Positions 11,615 to 23,009 of a stretch of DNA of 64,000 nt are shown piece by piece. The stretch is from Scyliorhinus canicula (lineage: Eukaryota). Position 1 is the first letter of the stretch, and the number at the start of each line of letters is the position of its first letter. A program made the position numbers and the translations under genes. The stretch is taken from contig NC_052162.1 of assembly GCF_902713615.1 (NCBI RefSeq), positions 123,962,653-124,026,652 of the forward strand, given 5' to 3'. The notes beneath the pieces are model-generated. The model was not told where the DNA came from, made no database searches, and worked only from the letters and a program-made list of their open reading frames with translations.

Positions 11615-12392
11615 TTTTTTTTCTTCTGACAATATTTATTTATAAATGACAATCTCTGTAACTAAACCCAAATGTGACTCCTTTACACAAAAGAAAGATT
11701 TTCAGCATCTGACTCACTCACACAAACAAACACACACACACACTATTCTTTTCACAGTTTCTTTACTCCCGATAACTTTCCCAGCTTCTTCTCGTGTCCT
11801 TGGTTTGCTCCGGCCACTCCATGGCCCCGCCCACCAAACACACCTCTGCCAGCACCCCCACCAGCTCCTCGCCCTTTCTGTTGTTGCTGCTGCTTCTGTT
11901 GCTGGAGGCCATGACCTCTGCCCTTTGACACCACCTCTTCTTTCACCATATGAAAATGAAAATTGCTTTATTGTCACGAGTAGGCTTCAATGAAGTTACT
12001 GTGAAAAGCCCCTAGTCGCCACATTCCGGCGCCTGTCCGGGGAGGCTTGTATGGGAATCGAACCGTGCTGCTGGCCTGCTTGGTCTGCTTTAAAAGCCAG
12101 CGATTTAGCCTAGTGAGCTAAACCAGCCCCTATCAACCATATCAATGATTTCATCAGCGATGCGCAGATATTTAATGGTGCTGCCACGAATGTAACATTC
12201 CGGCATCTTCCAGAACTTGTCCCCATCCCTGGATGTACAAATGACCTCTCGCAGGTTAATATTCATCCAGTTGTCACAGCTGACCAGGTGACCATTGTAG
12301 GTTTCTCCATTCTTCAACTCCACAAGCATCGGATGATTTTGCGCCGTCTTCAGTAAAGAAAGGGGAAGCATTTTGTCGCTGCCGCGGAACCC
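11615..12392 (-). pseudogene. LSM4: Processed pseudogene of Sm-like protein LSm4, interrupted by a SINE
   Basis: Intronless [40 protein letters not shown]...DEIIDMV (12371-12136) continues as KEEVVSKGRG...RGG-rich tail (11949-11752); AATAAA at 11640-11635; poly(A); 16-bp TSD GGTGATGGAGATTCAT (11599, 12393). Confidence 0.95.
11952..12130 (-). mobile_element. Short tRNA-derived SINE inside the LSM4 retrocopy
   Basis: GGGGCTGGTTTAGCTCAC head and (TTTCA)n tail; ACCATAT duplicated at 11945 and 12136; same family at 18871 and 20779. Confidence 0.85.
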
Positions 12393-13490
12393 GGTGATGG
12401 AGATTCATAAGGATCTGCGAGGAAAAATGGAAGACCTGCAAAACAGATCCAGGCGACAGAATTTGTGGATTGTGGGGCTGCCCGAAGGAGTTAAAGGGCC
12501 GAGGCCGACTGAGTAATTTGCTGCGATGCTGGCGAAACTATTGGGGGAGGGGGAGGATCCCTCCCGATATGAACTGGATCGGGCTCATCGGTCGTGGAGG
12601 CCTGTACCAAAGACGAGTCAGCAGCCAAGGGTAGTGACTCTGTGCTTCCGTAGGTACAGTGTGAAGGAGAAGGTCCTGTGCTGGGCCAAGCAGAAGCGGG
12701 TGGTGCAGTGGGCTGGAGCTGGTATACATATATACCAGGACTTTACGGTGGAGCTGGAAAGGAGGCGGGCTGCTTTCAACCGGGTGAAGAGGGCACTGTA
12801 CATTAGCAAGGTGCAGTGCGGCATTGTATATCCAGCGAAGCTGAGGGTGACGTACAAGCTCAAGGCATTTTATTTTGGAACGGTGGAGGCAGCGGAGGAG
12901 TTTGCGAAGGCAGAAGGACTGTGGCAGAACTGAGAAATTGAGAAATGATTATGTGCCGACATAACTTCATGACTGTATTTTCTTTGTTCTTGTTCGTTTG
13001 TTTCACTGCGTGCGGGTGTATGGGATAAAGGAGCCGATGTATATATTTGGACAAGGGAAGTGATGGGACTTGCACTCGAAGTGAGGGCTCTTTGGGGTGT
13101 AGGTAAATATGCGGGGTTTGTGCGCTAAAAGGGGATTTCTGGGTTTTCCTAGGGCCGGGCAAGGGGGAAAGGGACCCAGGCGGGGGCCTCCACACTGGCC
13201 GGTCTAAGCCGGCCAGCGAACGGGAGTGAGGTGGGTGATGGGGCTGCGGCCATCAGAGCCTGGCAGAACAGGGTCCGAGTGGTCTAGTCGGGGTGGAAAG
13301 TTGGGGGGAAGGAACTGAGGTTGGGGGAAGGAGTTTTACAAAAGGCAGTGGACGGGAGGAGTTGGGGAGGAGTGGGGGGGGGGGGGGGGGAGAGGGGGGG
13401 GGGGAGTGGGGTGGGGGGGGGAGTTTACAACTCTTGGGTATCACGTACGGTACTCTTTCAGAGGTTGGACGGCATTGAGTGTGTGTGTGT

Positions 13491-13521
<31 letters not shown>

Positions 13522-13864
13522 GGGGGGTGGACTCTATGGTGGCCATGGGCAGCCCTGGACTCCTTTTTTCTTTTTTGTTTCCACTGTGGGAGGGTTTGTT
13601 TTATTGGATGCATATATTGACAGGTGGGCCGTTGTTTGGGTGGTAGGAGGATGGGATTGGTGTTATTGTTAAGGGGATTGATTTTGTATTTGATACCATT
13701 TACTGTCTGTGAATGGGGGGTAAATTTTGAAGGAAAATGTGAAAATGGAGAATAAAAACATTGATTAAAAAAATAAAATAAAACTATGCCGACTATGATG
13801 GATTGTGTTTTGACTTTCCCAATATCCTGATATTACTTCCTTAATAATGCTCGAGGATTTTCAC

Positions 13865-15430
13865 CGAGCAACAGTGAAAAACGGCGATTTGCTTCCAAGT
13901 CAGGATGATGTGTGGCTCAGAGGGGAATTTGCGGATGATGGTGTTCCCGTGTGTCTGTAGCTCTTGTCCTTCTCTAGGTGGCAGAGGCTGTGGGTTTGGA
14001 AGTTGCTGGTGATACAGCCATGGTGAATTCCTGCAGTGAATCTTGTCGGTGGTACACACACTGCTGCCTCTGTGTGATTGTGGTGGAGGGAGTGAGTGTT
14101 GAAGGTGTTGGATTGGGTCCCACTCAAGTGGTCTGCTTTGTACTGGATGGTGTCGAGCTTCCTGAATGTTGATGATGCCGCACTCATCCAGACAAGTGAG
14201 AATAATCCATCACATCCCTGACCTGTGCTTTGCAGATGGTGTACAGGCTTTGGGGATTGAGGAGGTTAGTTCCTCTCTACAGAATTCTCAGCCTCTGATC
14301 TATTCTTGTAGCCACAGTGTTGATATGGCTGTTTCAGTTCAGTTTCTGAGTGAATCAAATTGACTGAAGATTGCCGTCTGAGATGTTTGGGACCTCAGGA
14401 GGAGGTCGAGATGGATCATCAACGCGGCACCTCTGGCTGAAGATTATTGTGAATGCTTCAGCTTTGTCTTTTATATTGAAGTGCTGGGCTCCCTCATCAT
14501 TGAGGATGGAGGTATTTGTGCAGCTGCCTCCTCCTGTTAGTTGTTTAATTGTCCATCCCTATTCCCAGTGGGTGTGACAGGACTGCAGAGCTTAGATCTG
14601 ACCCCTTGGTTGTGGGATCTCTTTGCCCTTTCTATAACAGGTTGCTTTTGCTGTTTGCAGGTAAGTAGTCCTGTGTTGTAGCTTCACCAGGTTGACACCT
14701 CATATTCAGGTTTGGCTGGTGCTGTTCCTAGCATTCTCTCCTGCACTCTTCATTGAACTGGGTTGATCCCCTGGCTTGATCTTAATGTTAGAGTGAGGGA
14801 TATACCAGGCCAGGAGGTTGTGATTTACTTCAATTCTGCTGCTGATGGTCCAGAGCGACTCATGAATGCCCAGTTTAGAGTTGCTAAATCTGTTTAAAAT
14901 CTATCCCATGTAGCACAGTGGTAATGCCATACAACACGATGTGGGGAGGGGGGGGGGGGGGGCATTATTCTCCATGTGAAGATCATAGTTTTCTCAAGAA
15001 CTGTGTGGTGATCACTCCTCCCAATACTCTCACAGATGGATCTAGTTGTGATAGGCAGGTTGGTGAGGATGAAGTTCAGGAGGTTTTTCCCTCTTGTTAC
15101 TTCCCTCACCACCTGCTGGAGGCCAAGTCGAGCAGTCTGTCCTTTAGTACTCAGCCAGCTCACTGAGTAGTGAATCTACTGAGCCAGTGATGGACATTGG
15201 AATCCCCCACCCAGAATACATTCTGTGTCCTTGACTCAAAGTGATGTTCAGCATTAAGGAATATTGATTCACCAGCGGGATGGGGCGGTAGGTGATAATC
15301 AGCAGGAGGTTTCCTTGCCCATGTTTTACCCGATGTCACGAGACCTCTTGGGGTCGAGTCAATGTTGAGAACTCTCAGGGTCACTCCCTTCCAACTGTAT
15401 CCCACTGTCCACACAGATCCCACCGTCCAC
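13865..15430 (-). mobile_element. Decayed CR1/L2-group LINE fragments
   Basis: Endonuclease-like QVVREVTRGKNLLNFILTN...IGRSDHHTVL; 3' part similar to 27830-28400 and 41870-42210. Confidence 0.6.
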
Positions 15431-16139
15431 ACAAATTGCTCAACTTGGAGGAAAAAAGCAACATGATGGAATTTCCTCTCAAAGTCCAATTCCTCACAGG
15501 CAGCTCTCAAAATCCAGATGGATCGCCAGCAATTGGCAGTGTGGTTCCTGACCAAGTTAACCTGACCTCAGATATGGAAAACCTTTGAAGCCGTCACAAA
15601 TCCTATCCCAGGGTCCAGACTGTCCACAATCCAATCGGAATTTTATACAGCAACAGGAAGCACAACCTCTTAACAAAGGAAAACTGGGAAGACTGTGTGA
15701 GGTGGGCAAGGAGATCTCTTGGGAAGGTTCAAAGAAAGTGAATCTACCAATAGTAAAATGGACTCTTGTTGACAAGAGCACTGGGACTCTCGAGCAAGCT
15801 GAACTTTCAAACCTCATTGTCACATTGGGTTAGTTTTGTTCAGGGTTAAGCTTATAGTATTGCCAATGTGATATGTTTCATTGTAAAATGGGAAAAAGAG
15901 AAACCATTATCTGAACAGTGAATAATAAAGACATTGTTACAGTGTTTATAATGTTCAAATATGTTGTAGCATGAAAGTATTCTGAAAACATGCTTACTTC
16001 AGAAGTTTTATTCCTTGGGGATGGGAGGGCATGTGATGACCCAGGTACTTTGGGAAAATACCTTTAATAATTTAATAGTACGATTAATAATTATTATTAG
16101 TATTGTTTTATTATTATTTTGGGAAAATACTTTTTTGTG

Positions 16140-16414
16140 CAAACACGTGTTTCCGATGTGAATCTAGGCTTTAATCGACTTACTTCAGAGCCAGCCTGTT
16201 ACCTGTCGATGAACTCGTAGTGAACTCGGCTGACTCTGGACACGGGTATTTATACAGCGGCACTAGGGGGAGGAGTCGTGGGCGGAGCCAAGGGTGGAGC
16301 TCAGTACCAGTTCCTGAGTGCTCCCAGCGCTGCTCCCCCTAGTGGTAGGGTAGCGTACTGTGCTTACAAAGACAGTGTGAATTACATATATACATCTATA
16401 TTACATTCACCACA
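16140..16414 (-). mobile_element. Solo-LTR-like element (Gypsy-type)
   Basis: Starts TGTGGTGAATG on the minus strand, with TATAAATA (~16252) and ATTAAA (~16175); the 3' boundary is uncertain. Confidence 0.45.
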
Positions 16415-18184
16415 CCCTTTAACACCCAAAGTGAACTGGAGATTCTTCTGAAGGAGAGGAATTGATTTCCTGGTTCTGAGGTCTTCAGTTCCAAGAAATG
16501 ACCATGTGACCTGAGGTTGCTCTGGGAACGTAAAGCTGAAGAAGCCAAGACTGAATAGCCAGATAATCGTATATTCAGTTACACTACCGTCCCACTGAAG
16601 CAGGTTCGGTTGCTGGGGGTAAAGGACAGACACAGTAAATAAGGGAACCTGCAGTTCAAAACAGAGCGTGGAGCTTCCAACAGGTCTGGGTGTTGAAGCA
16701 GTGCACTGAGAATACAGCAGGGACTGTGTTACATCGTGTGTTACACAGTTGGAAAGGACAGCTAGCTGAAGGCTAGGAGAGCAGGGGTTGTGGATCGGAA
16801 AACACCACTTGCTTCTATTTCAGTTATGTGAAATCCAACCACACAGTTTAAAGAGGTACAAAAATTGAGTCTCTGGGGACAAAATTTGAAAGAGAGCATT
16901 TACAGACGTGCACTTTGTTGGTGTTCACAATATTCACAGACCTTGGCTAGAATTCGGCTGTTGGTGGAAGTGACTCGAAGGCCAAGTCCATTGGGTGGGA
17001 AGTGAGGGATCCGACATTGCAGAGGGAGATTGGGAAGACTGTGAGATTGTCCATGGTGCAACATTTCTATAGGAAGTAATGTGAGGGCTCAGAACAATGT
17101 GGGATGTATCTTTGTTGTACTGACTATTAAAGTGAAATTTCTCTTGTTCTGTGAAATATCCAGTCCCTGTTAATTCAGGTTTGCGTCGATTTTAGTTGGT
17201 TTGTCACAGTGAAAGTTTGAAAATGTGAAATTTTGTCCATTGGTTTTCTTTCCATTGGAGATTCCTTTCATTTAATAAGTTATCAATCTCTACAGAGATG
17301 GTAACAATAGACAGAGAGGCATTAGGGCAGTGGAGGAGGCCATTCTACCCATCGGGTCCATGCTAACCCTGTGTAAATCATCCATTCAGTCCCTTTCGCT
17401 CCTTCAATCCCCGTACCCCTGTGAATTTATTGCCTTCAAGTTCCCATCCAATTTCCTTTTGCTATCTGGGAAAGGTGGGAGGAACCAAAGGAAATCCAGT
17501 TTAATCTGGCACATCCGCTGTTTATTATTAAGACCTGGAAGATAATAAGGTGTTTAGTTAATAAACAAGTCGAACCTGGATCAGGTCAATAAAATGGGGA
17601 CATTCAATGGGTTTGATCTGTATCTGAGATGCTGAATCTTTATATAAACACATTAAAATCTTTGAGAAAGACAGACCGACAAACATTAGAACTGGTCCCA
17701 GTCCCCATTAAAACACATTTACGGGAAGTTTAGTAAGGGGATCTCCTCTGCCACTCATTCAGCTCCTGGCTCATCTACACCTCGACTCCGTGCTCCTGTC
17801 CTTGCTGCTCTTTGCACAGGGTTGGGTTGATGAGGGACGGAAGCTGGCGAGGTGAGACTGGGGGAGGGGAACCACAGCCAAATGAACACACAGGTGAACC
17901 GTGCAGGAGGCAGGTCCTCCCCGAAAACTGACCCCCCTGCCCCCCTGCACCCCCGAAGGAGGAGAGTATCCTGAAATGTAACAAGAATTCTGTCAGTTAG
18001 TGGCTATCTAGGCAATATGTTGTGATGAGGTTTTAGAAATAGACCCTGGGCAGACTCGTTCACTGGAGCTCCACAGTGAATCTATCCAACAGCCACAGCA
18101 ACCTCTAACGTTGGAAAATGGATGCTGCCGTCAAAGGATGCTTGAAAAGTCGATGCAGACCTTCTTCCCAACAATAATCTTTAT

Positions 18185-18477
18185 TAATGATACATGTAGG
18201 CTCACATTAACACTGCAGAGAATTTACTGTGAAAATCCCCTTGTTGCCACACACCGGTGCCTGTTCAGGTACACTGAGGGAGAATTCAGAATGTCCAATT
18301 TACCTGACAACACATCTTTCAGGACTTGTAAGAGGAAACTGGAGCACCCGGAGGAAACCCACGCAGACACAGGGAGAATGTGCAGACTCCTCACAGACAG
18401 TGACCCAAGCCGGGAATCAATCCTCAGTCTCTGGCAATGTGAAGCAAAAGTGCTAACCACTGTGTTACTGTGCTGCT
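18185..18477 (-). mobile_element. tRNA-derived SINE
   Basis: CACAGTGGTTAGCAC head, GGAGTCTGCACATTCTCCC body, GGGGATTTTCACAGTAA tail. Confidence 0.8.
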
Positions 18478-18870
18478 TGGAGATGCGACACACTGCTGCC
18501 ACTGGGTAACAATGGTGGAGATGGTGAATGGGGTGCTGATCATGTGCCTACTTTGTCTTGTACAAAACAAACTCTCCGATTTGAATAAGACTGATAATTA
18601 AGCATTTCAAAGAATTGATTACAACCTAATAAATTTAAATAATCCAGTCCATTTGAAAAGAAAGAGCTGCTCTTCATAGCTATATATGTACAAATGACAT
18701 GCAATCTTTGTAGTTGAATATCTTCACACGGACACCTGGCTGACAAGAGGCATTGATTGGACAATAGCTGGAAACAATGAGCTGAAATGTTTTTCTGAGA
18801 GTGAAACTGTTTCTCTTTAACCCAGAAACGACTGTGTGAGAGTTAAAGGCAATACCAGGCTAAATTACAT

Positions 18871-19048
18871 TGGGCTGGTTTAGCTCACTGGGCTAAATCA
18901 CTGGCTTTTAAAGCAGACCAAGCAGGCCAGCAGTACGGTTCGATTCCCGTACCAGCCTCCCCGAACAGGTGCCGGAATGTGGCGACTAGGGGCTTTTCAC
19001 AGTAACTTCATTGAAGCCTACTCGTGACAATAAGCGATTTTCATTTCA
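18871..19048 (+). mobile_element. Short tRNA-derived SINE
   Basis: Same family as 11952-12130; B box GGTTCGATTCC. Confidence 0.85.
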
Positions 19049-20778
19049 TACACAGCACAGAAACAGCAAAACCAATCCATGCCAGTGTTTATACTTCACT
19101 TGAGCCTCCTCTCATGCTCCCATCTGACTCGATCAGTGTATCCGTTTGTTAATTTCTCCCTCATGTGTTCATCTAGCTTCCCCATAAATATATCAATGTT
19201 ATTCACCTCCACTAATCCCTGTGGTAGCGAGTTCCACATTCCCACCACTCTCTGGGAAAGATGTTTCTGCTGAATTCCTGATTAGATTATCTCACATTCA
19301 TAACTTCAAGTTTTTGTCTTATTATTACAAGTGAAAACATTCTTCATGTGTATCAAAACTTTTCATAATTTACAGACCTCCATTAGCCCCGAAGCCTTGT
19401 ATTTTGATAAGAGCAGTGGTTGGCCTATTCATCATCTGATAGGTTTAACCTCTCACACGAAAAATCTGAAGACAAAAATGCTTTGTTCACACTTGAGCTC
19501 AGCACAGGGATAAAGTTACAGCAGATTCACTGAGATTGGGTGGGCTGGTCGGATCTGTGTGAATAATCTGGTTAATCAGACTGTCCATGATCAGGGACTT
19601 GGTGTTCTGGGTAGTGGAGGAGCCCAAGTGACAGCCTTCAGTAACAGATTGATTTGCATTTATACAGCACATTTAATGTAATTAAACATCCCAAGGTGTT
19701 TTACAGGGACATTGTAAATCCAGGTTTCACAAATGATTTGATAAAATTGTCCAAGCTCATGATCATGTGACAGAAAACACTTCTTCGTTCTGTCTCTGCC
19801 TCCGCACACTCCCTCCCTATTGATTGTAACACTAATTCATCCCACTATCCTCCTTCTGCTTTTCTCCCAATTCTCCTCCCCTGAAGTTGCTGACTCTCGG
19901 GTTCAGCTTGACACTCAGCTGTTGCCCTCCCCAATATGTCCACCCAGGTGTCTGAAGTTAACAAACTGTTTTCTACGGGAGACGTCAGAATCAAACCCAA
20001 TCAAACCCAATGACATGTACTTTGTGTCCGGAATGGGGTCACTGCCCCCACTCCCACTTTGATCCCAGTCCCAGGGGTTTGGAGACTGGTTTGGAGATGG
20101 TTAATGGCGGCTCAATCTCCCATACTCCCCCTCGCCGGGGAAACCGCTCTATCCACCGGGCGCGGGGCGGCCGCGGAGAGGAAACCATGCGTAGTGGCGG
20201 TTCTTCCTGTTGGGGTCAAAAGGGCTTCCATCACCACGTGACATCCGTTGCCCATTGTTTTCAGTCTGTTATTCAAACCCAGAATCTGCAATGGTGCAGC
20301 AGCCAGCAAGACAGTAATAAAAAGGGACACATGGATCAGACAAGGATTTAGAAAAGATTCTTTACACATGGACCAATTACCAATGGCTCCGCCTGGGGTA
20401 ACATCTCCATTTTTTCTTCTCCTGATGGAACACCGTGAGTTCCAGGTTCCTGGTACATTAAGAAAGATGCTTCAAGGAACAGATTAAGCATGGATGTTAA
20501 AGATTCTCCAGCTCTCTCTTTGTGGACAGTTCTTACTCAGTATTATTTCTCCCAAGCCTTTCCTTGTCCCATTATCACTTTAATTTCACTCCCACTTTGC
20601 CCGTGTCCAGTGTGTTTAATTCTATCCGGATTGTTTTAAAGTCAGTTTCTCTCTGGAGTGTGTGTCAATGTCTTGATGATGTCACAATGGTGTCTCAATC
20701 CCCTGGCCACATTAACCATTTCATCTCCTGCTGTGTCTCCAGTAGCTGTGTGTGTTTGGGACCCGGTCTTCAGGGGCT

Positions 20779-20951
20779 AGGGGCTGTTTAGCTCACAGGG
20801 CTAAATCGCTGGCTTTGAAAGCAGACCAAGGTAAGCCAGCACGGTTCGATTCCCATAACAGGCACCGGAATGTGGCGTCTAGGGGCTTTTCACAGTAACT
20901 TCATTTGAAGCCTACTCGTGACAATAAGTGATTTTCATTTCATTTCATTTC
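20779..20951 (+). mobile_element. Short tRNA-derived SINE
   Basis: Same family; (TTTCA)n tail. Confidence 0.85.
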
Positions 20952-21118
20952 AGTCCATTGCACTTTGAATTTAGGCTTGTTATTTTTCACATGTAACAAA
21001 TCACATCTGCACACCCACACCGGGATCCCAAAATCATGTCACATATTCTTAACTCTCAGATGCTTTGATGAAAAGGTCAAAGTGAGTGTCTGTCTTTCTG
21101 ATCTGCCCTGTTATGGTG

Positions 21119-21390
21119 CTGACGGAAGGAGGTGGAAGGGAGTATGCCCCGGGTGCGTGGGGTCCTTATTTATGCTGGCTGCCTTTCCGAGACAGCAGAA
21201 ATTGTAGGCAGAGTCAATGGATGGGAGGCTGGTTTGCGTGATGGACTGGGCTACATTCACGACCTTTTGTAGTTTCTTGCTGTCTTGGGCAGAGCAGGCT
21301 CCATCCCAAGCTGTGATACAACCAGAAAGAATGCTTTCATTGGCGCATCTATAGAAGTTGGTGAGGGTCGTAGCTGACATGCCAGATTTC
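21119..21390 (-). mobile_element. Rex1/Babar LINE fragment, near-identical to 22217-22486
   Basis: TLTNFYRCANESILSGCITAW motif; direct sequence match. Confidence 0.75.
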
Positions 21391-21460
21391 ATTTCGTGGC
21401 CTGGCTTTCAAATGTGGGTTTCTTTAAAACAAAGTTCATGGGCCAGTGTGTAAATATATC

Positions 21461-21648
21461 TGGGTGGCACAGTGGTTAGCACTGCTATCTCACGGCACCG
21501 AAGACCCGGGTTCAATCCTGGCCCCAGGTCACTGTCTGTGAGGAGTTTGCACATACCCCGTGTCTGCGTGGGTCTCACCCCCACAACCCAAAGATGTGCA
21601 GGGTCCCTTTATTGGAAAAAAAATAATTGGGTACTCTAAACTTTTTTT
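21461..21648 (+). mobile_element. tRNA-derived SINE
   Basis: GGCACAGTGGTTAGCACTG...GGTTCAATCC head. Confidence 0.8.
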
Positions 21649-21959
21649 AAAAGCATGTTAATATTTCCAAGAGAAAGTGATCAACTTATTCATCCCATCC
21701 ACACATTCCATACTTTCACTAGAACGTAGGTGGATACCAGATTGATATATTCCATTCAACCACACCCAAGGTAACCATTCCAATCATTTATTTTCCAGGA
21801 CAATATTCCCAGTATCTTTCAAACAGAAATTAAACATTCCCGTCCAATCCCAGGTATTAACATATTCTGTTTGTTTGTTCAGGTCAGGCTGGGATTGTTC
21901 ACCTTGGAGCAAAGGAGGTCGAGGGGAGATTTGAGAGAGGTGGACAAGATTATGACAGG

Positions 21960-22825
21960 TTTATTTGATTTGATTTATTATTGTCACATGTATTGGTACA
22001 CAGTGAAAAGTACTGTATATTGCATGCTATACAGATAACGCATACCGTTCATAGGGAAGGAGAGACTGCAGAATATAATGTTACAGTATTAGCTAGGGTG
22101 TAGAGAAAAGATCAACTTAATATACGAGGTAGGTCCATTCAAATGTCTGACGGCAGTCGGGAAGAAGCTGTTCGTGAGTCTGTTGGTATGTAACCTCAAA
22201 CTTTTGTATATTTTTCCTGACGGAAGGAGGTGGAAGGGAGTATGTCCTGGGTGCGTGGGGTCCTTAATTATGCTGGCTGCCTTTCCGAGACAGCAGAAAT
22301 TGTAGGCAGGGTCAATGGATGGGAGGCTGGTTTGCGTGATGGACTGGGCTACATTCACGACCTTTTGTAGTTTCTTGCTGTCTTGGGCAGAGCAGGCTCC
22401 ATCCCAAGCTGATACAACCAGAAAGAATGCTTTCATTGGCGCATCTATAGAAGTTGGTGAGGGTCGTAGCTGACATGCCAGATTTCCTTAGTCTTCTGAG
22501 AAAGTAGAGTCGTTGGTCGGCTTTCTTAACTATAGTGTCGGCATGGGGGGGACCAGGACAGGTTGTTGGTGATCTGCACACCTAAAAACTTGAAGTTCCC
22601 GACCCGTTCTACTTCATTCCCATTGATGTAGACAGGGGCATGTTCTCCACTACGCTTCCTGAATTCGATGACAATCTCCTTCATTTTGTTGACATTGAGG
22701 GAGAGATTATTGTCGTCGCACCAGTTCACCAGATTCTCTATCTCATTTCTGTACTCTGTCTCGTCATTGTTTGAGATACGACCCACTACGGTGGTGTCAT
22801 CAGCAAATTTGAAAATCGAATTGAA
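21960..22825 (-). mobile_element. Rex1/Babar-like LINE 3' part
   Basis: FKFADDTTVVGRISNNDETEYR, QRLYFLRRL and TNRLTNSFFP motifs; AATAAA plus (aaatc)n tail. Confidence 0.85.
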
Positions 22826-23009
22826 GGGGCGATGGGGTGGGGGAATATTTTGATGCGGCGAATGATAATGACCTGGAACTCGCCATCTGTGAGGGGGAGG
22901 TGTTGTATGGAAAAGAAGACAATGGAGGATTTCAAATGGAAATTGGATCGGCATTTGAGGGAACTAAATTGCAGGGCTGCAGGGATAGAATGGGGCACTG
23001 GGAACATAT

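Larger units (their letters stand above)
10526..13777 (+). mobile_element. L1-derived element with ORF1 only (half-L1/HAL1-like), TSD-flanked
   Basis: 16-bp TSD ATAAAACTATGCCGAC (10510, 13778); decayed ORF1 11231-12933 with MEDLQNRSRRQNLWIVGLPEG, LDRAHRS, IYQDF and YPAKLRV motifs; G-rich 3' region; AATAAA plus A-rich tail; no ORF2 motifs. Confidence 0.8.
8160..13860 (-). mobile_element. CR1 LINE RT region split by nested insertions (pieces ~8160-8643, 9165-9884, 10426-10525, 13794-13860)
   Basis: Collinear CR1 motifs: FIKGNSCLTNL, SVLGPQLFTIYINDLD, WQMAFNVDKCEVIHFG, FSQRVVNL. Confidence 0.8.

Noticed and set aside
13370-13530. Long poly-G runs (also 34010, 37586, 48686) as functional G-quadruplex elements
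   Set aside because: They are homopolymer expansions within TEs and their lengths may be sequencing artefacts.
15930-17306. Larger LTR enclosing the 16.1-16.4 kb element
   Set aside because: It ends in GTAACA, but no matching 5' TG with a TSD could be fixed.
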